This document shows positions 1-9,673 of a stretch of DNA of 53,510 nucleotides, in pieces. The translations under genes and the position numbers were made by a program. The notes beneath the pieces are model-generated. The model was not told the origin of the DNA. It saw only the letters and a program-made list of their open reading frames with translations, and did not search any database. Location of the stretch: positions 1-53,510 of the forward strand of contig JBJDXI010000069.1 in assembly GCA_051866595.1 (NCBI GenBank). Reading direction: 5' to 3'. The stretch's first letter is position 1. Each line of letters opens with the position of its first letter. The stretch is from Clostridia bacterium (lineage in GTDB: Bacteria > Bacillota > Dehalobacteriia > UBA7702).

Positions 1-1060
1 CCGATGAGGCCGTCTGCTGAGGTGCTTGTTGCTGAGGCTGCTGAGGCTGCTGCTGACCCATCTGATAGAGACTCTGGGCGTTCATGCCGCCGGCATTCCC
101 CGCCATATTCATCCCCATAAAGGCCATGGCCGCACCGGCGCCTTCGTTGGACGCCGCGTTCTGCATCGCCTGGGCCTGAGCGCCCACCAGATGCGCCGCC
201 GCCATCTGAGGATTCTTGAACGCCGCATTGCGCTGGAGTTCCTTGATCATCTGTTCGTCTTCTTCGCTGGCTTTAACGCTGGACACACCGAAGGAAACGA
301 TTTCGATCCCGCGGAGATCACGCCATTTGGCCGAAAGCACTTCGTTCAAGGCGTCTGCCAGTTCCATGGTGTGACCCGGCAGGGCGCTGTAACGGATGCC
401 CATATCCGAAATTTTCGCGAAGGCCGGCTGGAGAGCGGTAAGCAGTTCCGTTTTCAGCTGGCTGTCCAAGGATTCTCTCGTATATTCACTTTCCACATTA
501 CCGCAGATATTCGTATAAAACAGCAAGGGATTGCTGATATGATAGCTGTATTCGCCGAAACAGCGGATGGCGATATCCATATCCAGACCCACATTGGTAT
601 CTACCACGCGGAAAGGAACGGGAGAAGGCGTACCATACTTATTCCCCACCAGTTCCTTGGTATTGAAATAGTAAACACGCTGGTCTTTGGGAGGTTCGCC
701 GCCGAAGGTGAAACGCTTCCCGATATTTCCGAACACTTCTTTGACGCTCTGTCCCAGAGAACCGCTGAAAATCGAGGGCTCCGTGGACATATCATAGGTA
801 TATTCACCGGGTTCCGCGCAGACATCCACCACTTTCCCCTGCTCCACAATGAGCATACACTGGCCGTCGGCCACGGCGATGACCGAACCGTTGCTGATGA
901 TGTTGTCGCTTCCCTTGGTGTTGGAAGAACGGCCCGAAGTCCGCTTCTGACCTTTTACCGCCAGCACATCCGCTTCCATCGCTTCACAGTAAAAATACTC
1001 TTTCCATTGATCCGCCAACACACCGCCGGCGGAACCGACTGCCGCTTTAATAAGTCCCAT
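1..1060 (-). CDS. SPFH/band-7-like (YdjI-type) protein, 3' end runs off the window
   Basis: Not in the ORF track. The minus strand reads MGLIKAAVGSAGGVLADQWKEYFYCEAMEADVLAVKGQKR...SDNIISNGSVIAVADGQCMLIVEQGKVVD and ends in an M/G/Q-rich tail. An AGGAGG RBS lies at ~1070-1076. The 26..1108 + ORF is its antisense shadow. Confidence 0.85.
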   Translation of the reverse strand, partial: MGLIKAAVGSAGGVLADQWKEYFYCEAMEADVLAVKGQKRTSGRSSNTKGSDNIISNGSVIAVADGQCMLIVEQGKVVDVCAEPGEYTYDMSTEPSIFSGSLGQSVKEVFGNIGKRFTFGGEPPKDQRVYYFNTKELVGNKYGTPSPVPFRVVDTNVGLDMDIAIRCFGEYSYHISNPLLFYTNICGNVESEYTRESLDSQLKTELLTALQPAFAKISDMGIRYSALPGHTMELADALNEVLSAKWRDLRGIEIVSFGVSSVKASEEDEQMIKELQRNAAFKNPQMAAAHLVGAQAQAMQNAASNEGAGAAMAFMGMNMAGNAGGMNAQSLYQMGQQQPQQPQQQAPQQTASS

Positions 1061-1075
1061 AATTCAGTCTCCTCC

Positions 1076-2866
1076 TTAATAGTTAAAAGTTGTGCAGAGG
1101 CGTTTTAACATCGCCGCCACATGGCTGCGCTGCGCCGGATGATTCGGACGGAAATACAAACCGTCCCATTCGTCACTGCCCCGAACTAAATCAACACCAA
1201 ATGCCCAGCTGACAGAATCAGAAGCCCAATCAGCGATTTCACCATTATCTTTAAATCCCGCCAGCATAACACTGTCATTTTCGTCATATAAACCCTCGGA
1301 TTTCGCAAAACGGCAGAAAATCACCGCCAGTTCCTGACGGCTGACAGGGTCTTCCGGTCTGAAAAGACCGTTACCGTCTCCTTTCACAATGCCTGTATTT
1401 TCCGCCCAGGCAACAGCATCTTTATACCAGCTAGCCGGGGCCACATCAGCAAAAGAACAATCACCGCTGACCAACGGTTCATCTTTCAGGCGGTAGAGCA
1501 CTGTCGCAATCATTCCACGGGTAGTCGATAAAGCAGGGCTGAACTTATTATCCCCCGTGCCGTTCATCAGACGATTGTAATACACAAATGCCACATCATC
1601 ATAAAACCAATCCGTATACTCTTCCGTTTTTATCACATCGTCAAAGAACATCGAAGGCGGCGATGTTACCAGTTTACGGAAATCCATGGAAATCTTTAGT
1701 TCCTCGGCGCTTTTCGTAATGATCTTTGCCGGACGGCCGTTGATATATGGAGTGATACCTTCGTCAAAAGCATAGCCGCTTTTGGCTTCCAGCGTAATAT
1801 TCACACTATATTTTTTATTGACAAGGAAGGTACTGCCGTAAGGTTCCCATGATACATTAGCCACAGTGTAACCTTCATAGCCCCCGGAAACCGATGCGGT
1901 ATTGGAAGGAACCGCGCCGATCAAAGGTTTTATAACATCAACGGAAACTTTATCAAGAAGTTTATCGAAGTTCAGCGAAATTTTTAACTCCTCGGCGCTT
2001 TTTGTAATGATCTTTGCCGGACGGCCGTTGATATTGGGAGTGACACCTTCGGCAAAAACATAACCGTCTTTGGCTTCCAGCGTAATCATCACGCTGTATG
2101 CCTTGCCGGCCTCAAAAGTACTGCAGGAAGGATCCCAGGAAACATTGGCTACGGTATAGCCTTCAAAACCGCCGGGGATCGAAGCAGAGGAGGAAGGAGC
2201 CGCGCCGATCAGAGGTTTTTCCACATTAACGGAGACTTCGCTCACATCGCTCAGCTCACGATACACTTTAATGTTATCAATACCGATTCCATACTGATTC
2301 TGAGCCTGATAAACAAAACCGATCTTCACTTCTTTGCCGCGATATTCCGACAGATTCACATACTTCGAAAGTTTCAAAGTACGGGACGCCGGAGAGGTAC
2401 AATATTCCCCGGAGGAAATGGATTCACTGTAAATTTCCCGTTCACCGGTACCGTCGGCGGCCTTGATATAAATCGAGTACTCTTCCGCAAAAGAAAGATT
2501 CAGCGTAAATACATCATAATTGAGATATACCTCACCTTTTTTCGGCATGGTAAAAGACGGAGTATACGCATAATCCTCCGGTTGCAGTTTCAACTGTACC
2601 TCGTCTTCCGTAACGGCAAAGGAATAATCGAGCAATGCGCCGGTTTTCACTTTGCCGCCGGAAGAAGGCACCACAGCCTCATACTTCCAGTTATAGCCGT
2701 CTTTATCCCCATCGATATAGGACCATTTCTCCGCTTCCGATGCCGTATCAAAGCCACAGGAATAGAGTGTTTCCGTGGCCGCCGAGACACCGAAGCTGAA
2801 GCACAGCACCATCGCCAGGGCGAGGCACATGGCAACCCATACCGGGATTATTTTCTTTGTTTTCAT
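1076..2866 (-). CDS. Secreted SLH protein with a cleaved-adhesin-like (choice-of-anchor J-like) N-terminal domain, two ~95 aa repeats and 3 SLH motifs
   Basis: Signal peptide; WSYIDGDKDGYNW...IDNIKV; SLH motifs TRGMIA, SRQELA and QRSHVA. Confidence 0.8.
   Translation of the reverse strand: MKTKKIIPVWVAMCLALAMVLCFSFGVSAATETLYSCGFDTASEAEKWSYIDGDKDGYNWKYEAVVPSSGGKVKTGALLDYSFAVTEDEVQLKLQPEDYAYTPSFTMPKKGEVYLNYDVFTLNLSFAEEYSIYIKAADGTGEREIYSESISSGEYCTSPASRTLKLSKYVNLSEYRGKEVKIGFVYQAQNQYGIGIDNIKVYRELSDVSEVSVNVEKPLIGAAPSSSASIPGGFEGYTVANVSWDPSCSTFEAGKAYSVMITLEAKDGYVFAEGVTPNINGRPAKIITKSAEELKISLNFDKLLDKVSVDVIKPLIGAVPSNTASVSGGYEGYTVANVSWEPYGSTFLVNKKYSVNITLEAKSGYAFDEGITPYINGRPAKIITKSAEELKISMDFRKLVTSPPSMFFDDVIKTEEYTDWFYDDVAFVYYNRLMNGTGDNKFSPALSTTRGMIATVLYRLKDEPLVSGDCSFADVAPASWYKDAVAWAENTGIVKGDGNGLFRPEDPVSRQELAVIFCRFAKSEGLYDENDSVMLAGFKDNGEIADWASDSVSWAFGVDLVRGSDEWDGLYFRPNHPAQRSHVAAMLKRLCTTFNY
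1672..2240 (-). repeat. Intragenic tandem duplication, 2 x ~285 bp
   Basis: VSV.V.KPLIGA.PS...GYTVANVSW...ITLEAK.GY.F.EG.TP.INGRPAKIITKSAEELKIS occurs twice; boundaries approximate. Confidence 0.85.
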
Positions 2867-3042
2867 AAAATCCTCCTCTCATGACCTGCTTCAGGCAGAT
2901 TCCTTTCATTGCAAACAGGTTTTCTTCCGTATTCCAACGGGATTCCACCGATTTTCCTTTTTTGCCAAGAGAAACCGAAAACAGATCGTTTCACGGTGGT
3001 CATTTCCGGTATCGTCATTTTTCGACACTTTCCCTATCATTG

Positions 3043-3120
3043 ATTATATCAAAAAACCGCAAAAAGGATATTACCCCAAACCGAAAAAAGGGGTAATATA
3101 ACGCCGAAAGAGGGGTAATC
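3043..3120 (-). promoter_or_regulatory. Promoter with putative LuxR/NarL-type boxes
   Basis: Minus-strand TATAAT at 3043-3048. Perfect inverted repeat ATATTACCCC (3068-3077) / GGGGTAATAT (3090-3099), plus a third GGGGTAAT at ~3112. Confidence 0.5.
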
Positions 3121-3166
3121 TTTTTTTCAGCCAAAAGACGACGCAGGGGGTTTGTAAAATACAGGT

Positions 3167-3198
3167 AAAAAGAAAAGCCGACCCCCAAAAGGGTCGGT
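3167..3198 (-). terminator. Intrinsic terminator of the LuxR gene
   Basis: CCGACCC/GGGTCGG stem followed by a U-rich tract on the minus strand. Confidence 0.7.
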
Positions 3199-3208
3199 TC
3201 ACATCGCA

Positions 3209-4369
3209 TTACGGTTCCGATTGCGAAATCTCCTTTTCGACAAGGGCAAACAGCTCTTTCCGGCTGGAAACATTCAGTTTGGCAAAAACATGGGAAGTAT
3301 GCTTTTTCACCGTATTTTCCGAAACATGGAGTTCATCGGCGATCTCTTTCCGCCGTTTGTTTTCCAGCAGAAGGCCGAGAACTTCTCGTTCTCTGGCGGT
3401 CAGCTCCGCGGCGGCGGGACAGTCTGTCAACATCCGCGAAAACCGCTCCCCGGAGAAGGATCCGGGATCTTCGCAGACATCATCCCCCTCAAGGCAAAGG
3501 GCAAAAGCCGGTTCCTCCAGAGCAGACATTTCTTTTTCTCTGACAGAAGATCCTTTGTCCCCGATCAGTTCATAATCCTGCAGCATATTGTGGAGGAAAA
3601 GCAAAAACAGTTCCGAAATGAGGTAAGATACGGAAAGGAACTCAAAATGAAGGTGAATCAGCTGTTCCACAAGCCAGACGAGGATATTGCCCATGACCAG
3701 AACGGCCATGATCGCCGCGTGTTTATAAGAGGGAACCCGTTTGCGGATCACGGAAAAGAGGATCATACCGACCATTATGCCGAAATAGGAAAACAGATAC
3801 ACCGGATACAGCACGTGCAGCGGGCCGTAAACTTTATCCAGCGTAACAATGCCGTTCACGATTTCCCAATGAACTTCTTTATAGTACAGATCCAGATATC
3901 CGCCGCTGGCGGCAGAAAGAAAAACCAGAATACTGATGCCGAGCAAAACGCCGAAACAGACTTTGCGATACCGGATCCCGCAGATATCCGCAATGATCAT
4001 CAGCATAAACAGCGGCAGAAAAACGGCGCCGAAATAGGAGATGCGATTGGCGAGCAGCGCTTCTTCCAGACCCGTTGAAATGGAAAGCGCAAAATACCCC
4101 AAATTAACAATAAAAACCGAAATATACAGCAGTAAAAACCAGATTTCTTTTTTACGGACAAGACCGCAATAGCCCAAAAGCAGGAACAGCGAAAGGACGG
4201 TAACAAAGCCGTAAATCAAAGAAATGGAACTGATCCTGTCCGAAATACCATCCCCGTTCACCGCCGCCATAACCGGAGCGGACAAAAGAGACAGCAACGC
4301 AAACACGCCAATAGAGATCAAAAGAATACGGAAGATTCGATTGTTGTATTCATTTTTCGCCAGATTCAC
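3209..4369 (-). CDS. Membrane-bound LuxR-family regulator (HisKA_7TM-like N-terminus plus LuxR HTH)
   Basis: About 8 hydrophobic segments and a C-terminal LTAREREVL...EIADELHVSENTVKKHTSHVFAKLNV. Start moved to the GTG after GGAGG. Confidence 0.85.
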   Translation of the reverse strand: MNLAKNEYNNRIFRILLISIGVFALLSLLSAPVMAAVNGDGISDRISSISLIYGFVTVLSLFLLLGYCGLVRKKEIWFLLLYISVFIVNLGYFALSISTGLEEALLANRISYFGAVFLPLFMLMIIADICGIRYRKVCFGVLLGISILVFLSAASGGYLDLYYKEVHWEIVNGIVTLDKVYGPLHVLYPVYLFSYFGIMVGMILFSVIRKRVPSYKHAAIMAVLVMGNILVWLVEQLIHLHFEFLSVSYLISELFLLFLHNMLQDYELIGDKGSSVREKEMSALEEPAFALCLEGDDVCEDPGSFSGERFSRMLTDCPAAAELTAREREVLGLLLENKRRKEIADELHVSENTVKKHTSHVFAKLNVSSRKELFALVEKEISQSEP

Positions 4370-4454
4370 CAAAATTCCTCCGTTTCCTTTTATTCCGATA
4401 ATTTTACACAATATTATACCATACATATCACAAAAAACCAAGAGAATACAATTC

Positions 4455-4488
4455 AAAAAAGCGCCTCTCCTCCAAGGGAAGCGCTTTC
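4455..4488 (-). terminator. Intrinsic terminator
   Basis: AAAGCGCTTCCC...GGAGAGGCGCTTTTTT on the minus strand. Confidence 0.65.
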
Positions 4489-4552
4489 AAACAGTTCACA
4501 TCTGACCACGGCAATGCATATTCACAAAAGCGTTTTTCCGGTTTTTCGCGCC

Positions 4553-4639
4553 TCAATCCACACCGCTGAATTTTTTGGCCATTTCCATGAATAACTGCTT
4601 CTTTTCTTCATCGGTCATCTGGGAAAAATTTTTACGCAT
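4553..4639 (-). CDS. Putative 28-aa small protein MRKNFSQMTDEEKKQLFMEMAKKFSGVD
   Basis: AAAGAGGGG RBS, upstream TGnTATTCT, and terminators on both sides. Confidence 0.45.
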   Translation of the reverse strand: MRKNFSQMTDEEKKQLFMEMAKKFSGVD

Positions 4640-4752
4640 CGAAAGCCCCTCTTTCATCTTCAAGGTGGGAATTATCCCCCCTTCCTTTTGTGCTCTTAGA
4701 ATAACACAGAGTACGTACCAAAAAAGTCCCATCCATTGTTAAAAGAGGTCAT

Positions 4753-4786
4753 AAAAAAGCGGTGACGCCTGAGCGTCACCGCTTTT
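4753..4786. terminator. Terminator hairpin after the HAD gene
   Basis: AAAAAAGCGGTGACGC-ctga-GCGTCACCGCTTTT. Confidence 0.8.
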
Positions 4787-4800
4787 ACGTAATTCTCTTT

Positions 4801-5574
4801 TCAGATTAATTCAAAATGTTTCAACGCCTTTTCGATACCGTCCTCATCCACAGACGCGGTCACATAATCGGCAATGGCCTGTACTTCCGGTTTCGCGTTA
4901 CCCATGGCCACGCCGACGGCGGCGTACTGAAGCATTTCCACGTCGTTCTGGGCGTCACCGAAGGCCATAATTTCCTCTTTCCGTATATCCAGATGTTCCA
5001 GATATTTCTGAATCCCGGAGACCTTGCCGCCGCCTTCGGAAATAATATCCACGGCGCCGTCGCACCAGCGGGTAATCCGGCATCCCGAAGGACAGTGATG
5101 ATGAAACCAGCAATCTTCCTCATCCCGGTAAAAGGTGGTGGCCTGAAAGATCGGCGCCTTTTCGGGTTCGGCACTCTCCGGTATTTCCGTGGCAATATCC
5201 GTCAGCACCTGACGAGCCAGATCACTGACGAAGTTGATGCAGATCCCCTTTTCCTGGGTCAGATAAATCGAAACCTCTTTTCCCCGAAACACCGTCATCA
5301 GTTCGGAAACGGCCTGTTCATTAAGGGGATTTCCAAAGAGATAGGAGAAATCGCCGTCAAGGCAAAGCTGACCGTTGAGGGTAATGTAGCCGTCAAAGGT
5401 GAGTCCGTCCAGGGGCAACTGCTCAATTTCCGTCCGGTGCCGTCCCGTAGACATAAAGATTTTAACACCCCGTTCTTTCAGCCGGTTCAGACTCCGTTTC
5501 GTGCTTTCCGGCACCGTACCGGTGTCCAAAGAGAGCAGTGTGCCATCCACATCGAAAAAAACCGCCTTGATCAT
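4801..5574 (-). CDS. Cof-type HAD-IIB hydrolase
   Basis: FFDVDGTL, STGR and AFGDAQNDVEML motifs. Confidence 0.92.
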   Translation of the reverse strand: MIKAVFFDVDGTLLSLDTGTVPESTKRSLNRLKERGVKIFMSTGRHRTEIEQLPLDGLTFDGYITLNGQLCLDGDFSYLFGNPLNEQAVSELMTVFRGKEVSIYLTQEKGICINFVSDLARQVLTDIATEIPESAEPEKAPIFQATTFYRDEEDCWFHHHCPSGCRITRWCDGAVDIISEGGGKVSGIQKYLEHLDIRKEEIMAFGDAQNDVEMLQYAAVGVAMGNAKPEVQAIADYVTASVDEDGIEKALKHFELI

Positions 5575-5726
5575 GATTTCATTCCTCCGTATCCTCGTTT
5601 CTTCTGTTTTCAGTATATCACATTCCCTTTCATCCGTAAAATGAAATTTCGACGCGCCAACCGTCCTTGAAAAACCGCGTTTCCTTCTCTATAATAGAGG
5701 TAAGAACCATTCCGGGAGGAAACACC

Positions 5727-6863
5727 ATGAAATTCATGCACTTATCCGACCTGCATTTAGGGAAACGCGTTCATGAATATTCCATGATTGAGGATCAGGA
5801 ATACATATTGAAACAGATCATCGGAATCGCCGCCGATGAGAAGGTGGACGCCGTTTTCATCGCCGGGGATATTTACGATAAAACCTTTCCGCCGGTGGAG
5901 GCCGTGACCCTTTTGGATCAGTTTCTCTGGGCCTTGGCCGAAAAGGAAATCAGCGTCTGGATCATCAGCGGCAATCACGATTCCGCCGAACGTCTCTCCT
6001 TCGGCTCCCGGCTGATGGAGAAAAACAAGATTCATATCGCGCCGGTATACAACGGAGAGCTTCACACCGTTACCATGGAAGACAAATACGGCCCCATCGA
6101 CATTTCTCTGCTGCCCTTTGTCAAACCGGCGCAGGTCAAACGGTTTTTCCCCGAAGAAGAAATTCACACCTACACCGACGCTCTCCGAACCGCTTTGCAA
6201 GGCGACGCGCCGCGAAACCGCCGCCGGATTCTGATCACCCATCAGTTTGTCACCGGCGCTACCCGCTGTGAATCCGAAGAACCGGTAGTCGGCGGCCTCG
6301 ACAACGTGGACGCCTCGGTATTCAACGGCTTTGACTATGTGGCGCTGGGGCATATCCACAGTCCCCAGAACGTGGGGAGAGAGACCCTCCGCTACTGCGG
6401 CACGCCGCTGAAATATTCCTTTTCCGAAGTCCATCAGGGAAAATCCGTAACCATCGTCACTATGAAGGAAAAAGGCTGTATTTCTCTGAAAACAATCCCT
6501 CTTCGGCCTCTCCGTGATCTCAAAGAAATCAAAGGAACCTACAACGACCTCACTTTGAAAAGCTTTTACGAACATACAGAGTATCCGGAATCCTATCTTC
6601 ACATTACCCTCACCGATGAGGAAGACGTTCCCGACGCCGTCAGCCGCTTACAGGTGATTTACCCCCATATCATGAAACTGGATTACGACAACGCCCGAAC
6701 CCGGAACCGCCCCGGTACCGACACCGCAGGGGAAACGGAAAACAAAACGCCTATGGAGCTTTTTGAAGAATTTTACCAACACCGGAATTTTCAGCCCATG
6801 TCCGAAGAGCAGAAAAAATTCGCCTCGGAGCTGATGGAAAAAGTCATGGAGGAAGAAGCATGA
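5727..6863 (+). CDS. sbcD: Exonuclease SbcCD subunit D
   Basis: HLSDLHLG, AGDIYD, GNHDS and ALGHIH motifs; ATG at 5727 after GGAGG. Confidence 0.95.
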   Translation: MKFMHLSDLHLGKRVHEYSMIEDQEYILKQIIGIAADEKVDAVFIAGDIYDKTFPPVEAVTLLDQFLWALAEKEISVWIISGNHDSAERLSFGSRLMEKNKIHIAPVYNGELHTVTMEDKYGPIDISLLPFVKPAQVKRFFPEEEIHTYTDALRTALQGDAPRNRRRILITHQFVTGATRCESEEPVVGGLDNVDASVFNGFDYVALGHIHSPQNVGRETLRYCGTPLKYSFSEVHQGKSVTIVTMKEKGCISLKTIPLRPLRDLKEIKGTYNDLTLKSFYEHTEYPESYLHITLTDEEDVPDAVSRLQVIYPHIMKLDYDNARTRNRPGTDTAGETENKTPMELFEEFYQHRNFQPMSEEQKKFASELMEKVMEEEA

Positions 6864-9631
6864 GACCGATCCGATTAACCCTTTCCGCCTTCGGTCCCTA
6901 CGCCGGGAAAACCATCATGGATCTGGAGCCCCTGGGCACCGGCGGACTGTACCTCATCACCGGAGAAACCGGCGCGGGAAAAACCACCCTCTTTGACGCT
7001 GTTACCTACGCCCTTTACGGAGAACCCAGCGGCGACCAGCGAAAAGTTTCCATGCTGCGCTCCAAATACGCCAAGACGGAAACCCCCACCTTCGCGGAGC
7101 TGGTTTTTGAATGTAAAGGAAAACAGTATACCGTCCGGCGCAGTCCCGCCTATGAGCGTCCGGCCAAACGAGGAAATAAAATGGTGGAAGAAAAAGCCTC
7201 CGCTGAGCTGATCCTCCCCGACGGTTCCCTCATCACCAAAGAAAAAGCCGTTACCGCCGCGGTCTGCGGCATCATCGGCATCGACCGCCGCCAGTTTACC
7301 AGCATCGCCATGATCGCCCAGGGCGATTTTCAGAAACTGCTTTTGGCCTCCACCGAGGAACGGGAAAAGATCTTCCGCCAGATTTTCCATACCCATTGCT
7401 ATGAGAAACTCCAGAAAAAACTCAGCGACGCGGCCAAAGCCCTGAACAAAGAAAGAACGCTGAAAAAAAGCGGCATCCAACAGGATATTCAGATGATCAG
7501 CTGGGAGGAAAGGGACCCCCTTTATGAGGAAGTAACAAAAGCCAAAGAAGACGGTCTGCCCCTTGATGACATTCTCACCCTGCTGGAAACGCTCCTCCAA
7601 AAGGACAAGGAAGAAAAAGAAGCGAACCGAAAGAAACGGGAAGAAATCGGCGAGAAAAAAGAACAGACCGCCGCCGCCATCAACGCCGCGAAAAACCGGG
7701 AACAGATGGAAAAAGAGCTCCAAAAAGAGGAAGCCGCCCTCGAAAAAGACGAAGAGGAACAGGCCGAAAGCGAAAAGGCTTTTCTGGCCGAAAAAGAAAA
7801 GGAAAGCCGCAGGGAAGAGCTGCGAAAAAGCATTACCCTGGCCGAAAGCGAACTGGGCCGCTACGATGAATGGGAAGCCCTTCGCCGCGCGGTCAGAGAT
7901 TTTCAAAACCGGCTCAAAGCAGATGAAGCCGCCCGAACCCAATATGAAGAAAACCTTACCGTACTGGGGCAAAAACACGAGGAACTGAAAGCGGAATACG
8001 AAATGCTGAAAGCCAGCGACACCCGTCTTCTTGCCCTTCAACAAAGGGAAAAAGAAGCGGAAAAGAGCATGGCAGAGCTGAACCGCATCGAAGGAAAACT
8101 CCGGGATTGTGAAGATCAGCGTCAGCGCTGCGCCAAAGCCCAAAAGGAATATACCGGCTGCCGCCGCGTTCTGGAGGAAACCGAAGAAGTCTACGGACAG
8201 ATGTACCGTTCCTTTCTGGATCATCAGGCGGGAATCCTCGCCGAGGAGCTGGAGCCGGAGCGGCCCTGCCCCGTCTGCGGCTCCCTTCATCACCCCGCCC
8301 CGGCGAAGAAACCCGCTCACGCGCCGACAGAAAAGGAACTGAAAACCGGAGAAGAAAACAGGGACAAGGCCCGTGCCCAAGCCGAGAAAGCCGGTGTCAA
8401 CGCCGGCAGAGAACGGGCCGCCCTCCAACAGAAAGAAGCGGAGATTGAAGAGCTCTGCCGGGCCTTATACGACGAGGAAACCGGCGAAACCGCCGCAGAA
8501 ACCGTCACCCGAAAAACCGCGGAGCTGGCCGCGAAAAGGATCTCGTTAAAAGAAGAAATCGCCGAAGTAACGAAAGAGGTTCGCCGAAAAACGGCGCTGG
8601 AAACCAAAATCCTGCCCCAAGCAGAGAAAAAAGCAGAGGGATTTCGTCAAAAACTCAGCGAAGCGAAAACCGCCGCGGAAAAAGACCGGACCTCCCTCGC
8701 TCATTACGAAGAAGAGACCCGCAAAAAAGCTCAAAATCTGGCGTTCTCCGGCAAGGAAGAAGCCGAGGCCGCCCTTGAGAATGACCGAGCCCTGCTCCGC
8801 CGGATGGAGGAAGAATATAACAAAGCGAAAAGCCGATTTGAGAACATCCACCAAAGCATCACCGGGAGAAAAAGCCGGATCGAAGCTTTCCAAAGCCAAC
8901 GGAAAGAGATCTCCGCCGATAATCTTCGGGAACAACAGGCCCGTTATGCCGTCCTCAAAGAGGAAGAAAACCGGCTCCATGAACAGATTGAAAAACAGAC
9001 CTCACGCATCGACACCAATACCGCCGCCCTTCACAACATCCGGAAAAAATCCGGCGATATGGCGGTAATCGAAGAAAAATACCGCTGGGTCAACGCCCTT
9101 TCGGAAACCGCCAACGGCAGTCTCCGGGGAAGCCGGGACAAAATCAAGCTGGAAACCTACGTCCAGATGACCTATTTCGACCGCATCCTGCGGCGGGCCA
9201 ATATCCGCCTGATGGCCATGACCGACGGCCAGTACGACCTCAAACGGGCCGAGGCCGCCGCCGACAGCCGTTCCCAGACGGGGCTGGATCTCAATGTCAT
9301 CGACCATTACAACGGCACCGAGCGCAGTGTCCGCACGCTCTCCGGCGGTGAGACTTTTCTGGCCTCCCTCTGTCTGGCTCTGGGTCTCTCCGACGAAATC
9401 CGCTCCTCCGCCGGGGGCATCCGCATCGACACCATGTTCATTGACGAGGGATTTGGCTCCCTCGACGAGGAATCTCTCCGTCAGGCCGTGAAAGCCTTGA
9501 ACGATCTCACCGAAGGCAGCCGTCTCGTGGGCATCATCTCCCACGTGGCCGAGCTCAAGGAAAAGATCGAGAAGCAGATCGTCGTCACCAAAGAAAAAAC
9601 CGGCGGCAGCCGGGTGGAAATCATCGTCTGA
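6860..9631 (+). CDS. sbcC: Exonuclease SbcCD subunit C (SMC-like ATPase)
   Basis: GETGAGKT, coiled coil with CPVCGS zinc hook, LSGGE and FIDEGFG. Confidence 0.95.
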   Translation: MRPIRLTLSAFGPYAGKTIMDLEPLGTGGLYLITGETGAGKTTLFDAVTYALYGEPSGDQRKVSMLRSKYAKTETPTFAELVFECKGKQYTVRRSPAYERPAKRGNKMVEEKASAELILPDGSLITKEKAVTAAVCGIIGIDRRQFTSIAMIAQGDFQKLLLASTEEREKIFRQIFHTHCYEKLQKKLSDAAKALNKERTLKKSGIQQDIQMISWEERDPLYEEVTKAKEDGLPLDDILTLLETLLQKDKEEKEANRKKREEIGEKKEQTAAAINAAKNREQMEKELQKEEAALEKDEEEQAESEKAFLAEKEKESRREELRKSITLAESELGRYDEWEALRRAVRDFQNRLKADEAARTQYEENLTVLGQKHEELKAEYEMLKASDTRLLALQQREKEAEKSMAELNRIEGKLRDCEDQRQRCAKAQKEYTGCRRVLEETEEVYGQMYRSFLDHQAGILAEELEPERPCPVCGSLHHPAPAKKPAHAPTEKELKTGEENRDKARAQAEKAGVNAGRERAALQQKEAEIEELCRALYDEETGETAAETVTRKTAELAAKRISLKEEIAEVTKEVRRKTALETKILPQAEKKAEGFRQKLSEAKTAAEKDRTSLAHYEEETRKKAQNLAFSGKEEAEAALENDRALLRRMEEEYNKAKSRFENIHQSITGRKSRIEAFQSQRKEISADNLREQQARYAVLKEEENRLHEQIEKQTSRIDTNTAALHNIRKKSGDMAVIEEKYRWVNALSETANGSLRGSRDKIKLETYVQMTYFDRILRRANIRLMAMTDGQYDLKRAEAAADSRSQTGLDLNVIDHYNGTERSVRTLSGGETFLASLCLALGLSDEIRSSAGGIRIDTMFIDEGFGSLDEESLRQAVKALNDLTEGSRLVGIISHVAELKEKIEKQIVVTKEKTGGSRVEIIV

Positions 9632-9667
9632 AAAAAGCGTACCCGTGATAAGCGGGTACGCTTTTTT
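9632..9667. terminator. Bidirectional terminator
   Basis: AAAAAAGCGTACCCG...CGGGTACGCTTTTTT between convergent genes. Confidence 0.85.
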
Positions 9668-9673
9668 GCTTAT

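Noticed and set aside
26-1108. 360-aa plus-strand ORF
   Set aside because: Antisense shadow of the SPFH gene, which has an RBS and a recognisable sequence.
4496-4555. Selenocysteine read-through of the small-ORF TGA
   Set aside because: No clear SECIS-like hairpin after the TGA and no redox motif.
6875-8428. 517-aa F/L-rich minus-strand ORF
   Set aside because: Antisense of the E/K-rich sbcC coiled coil.
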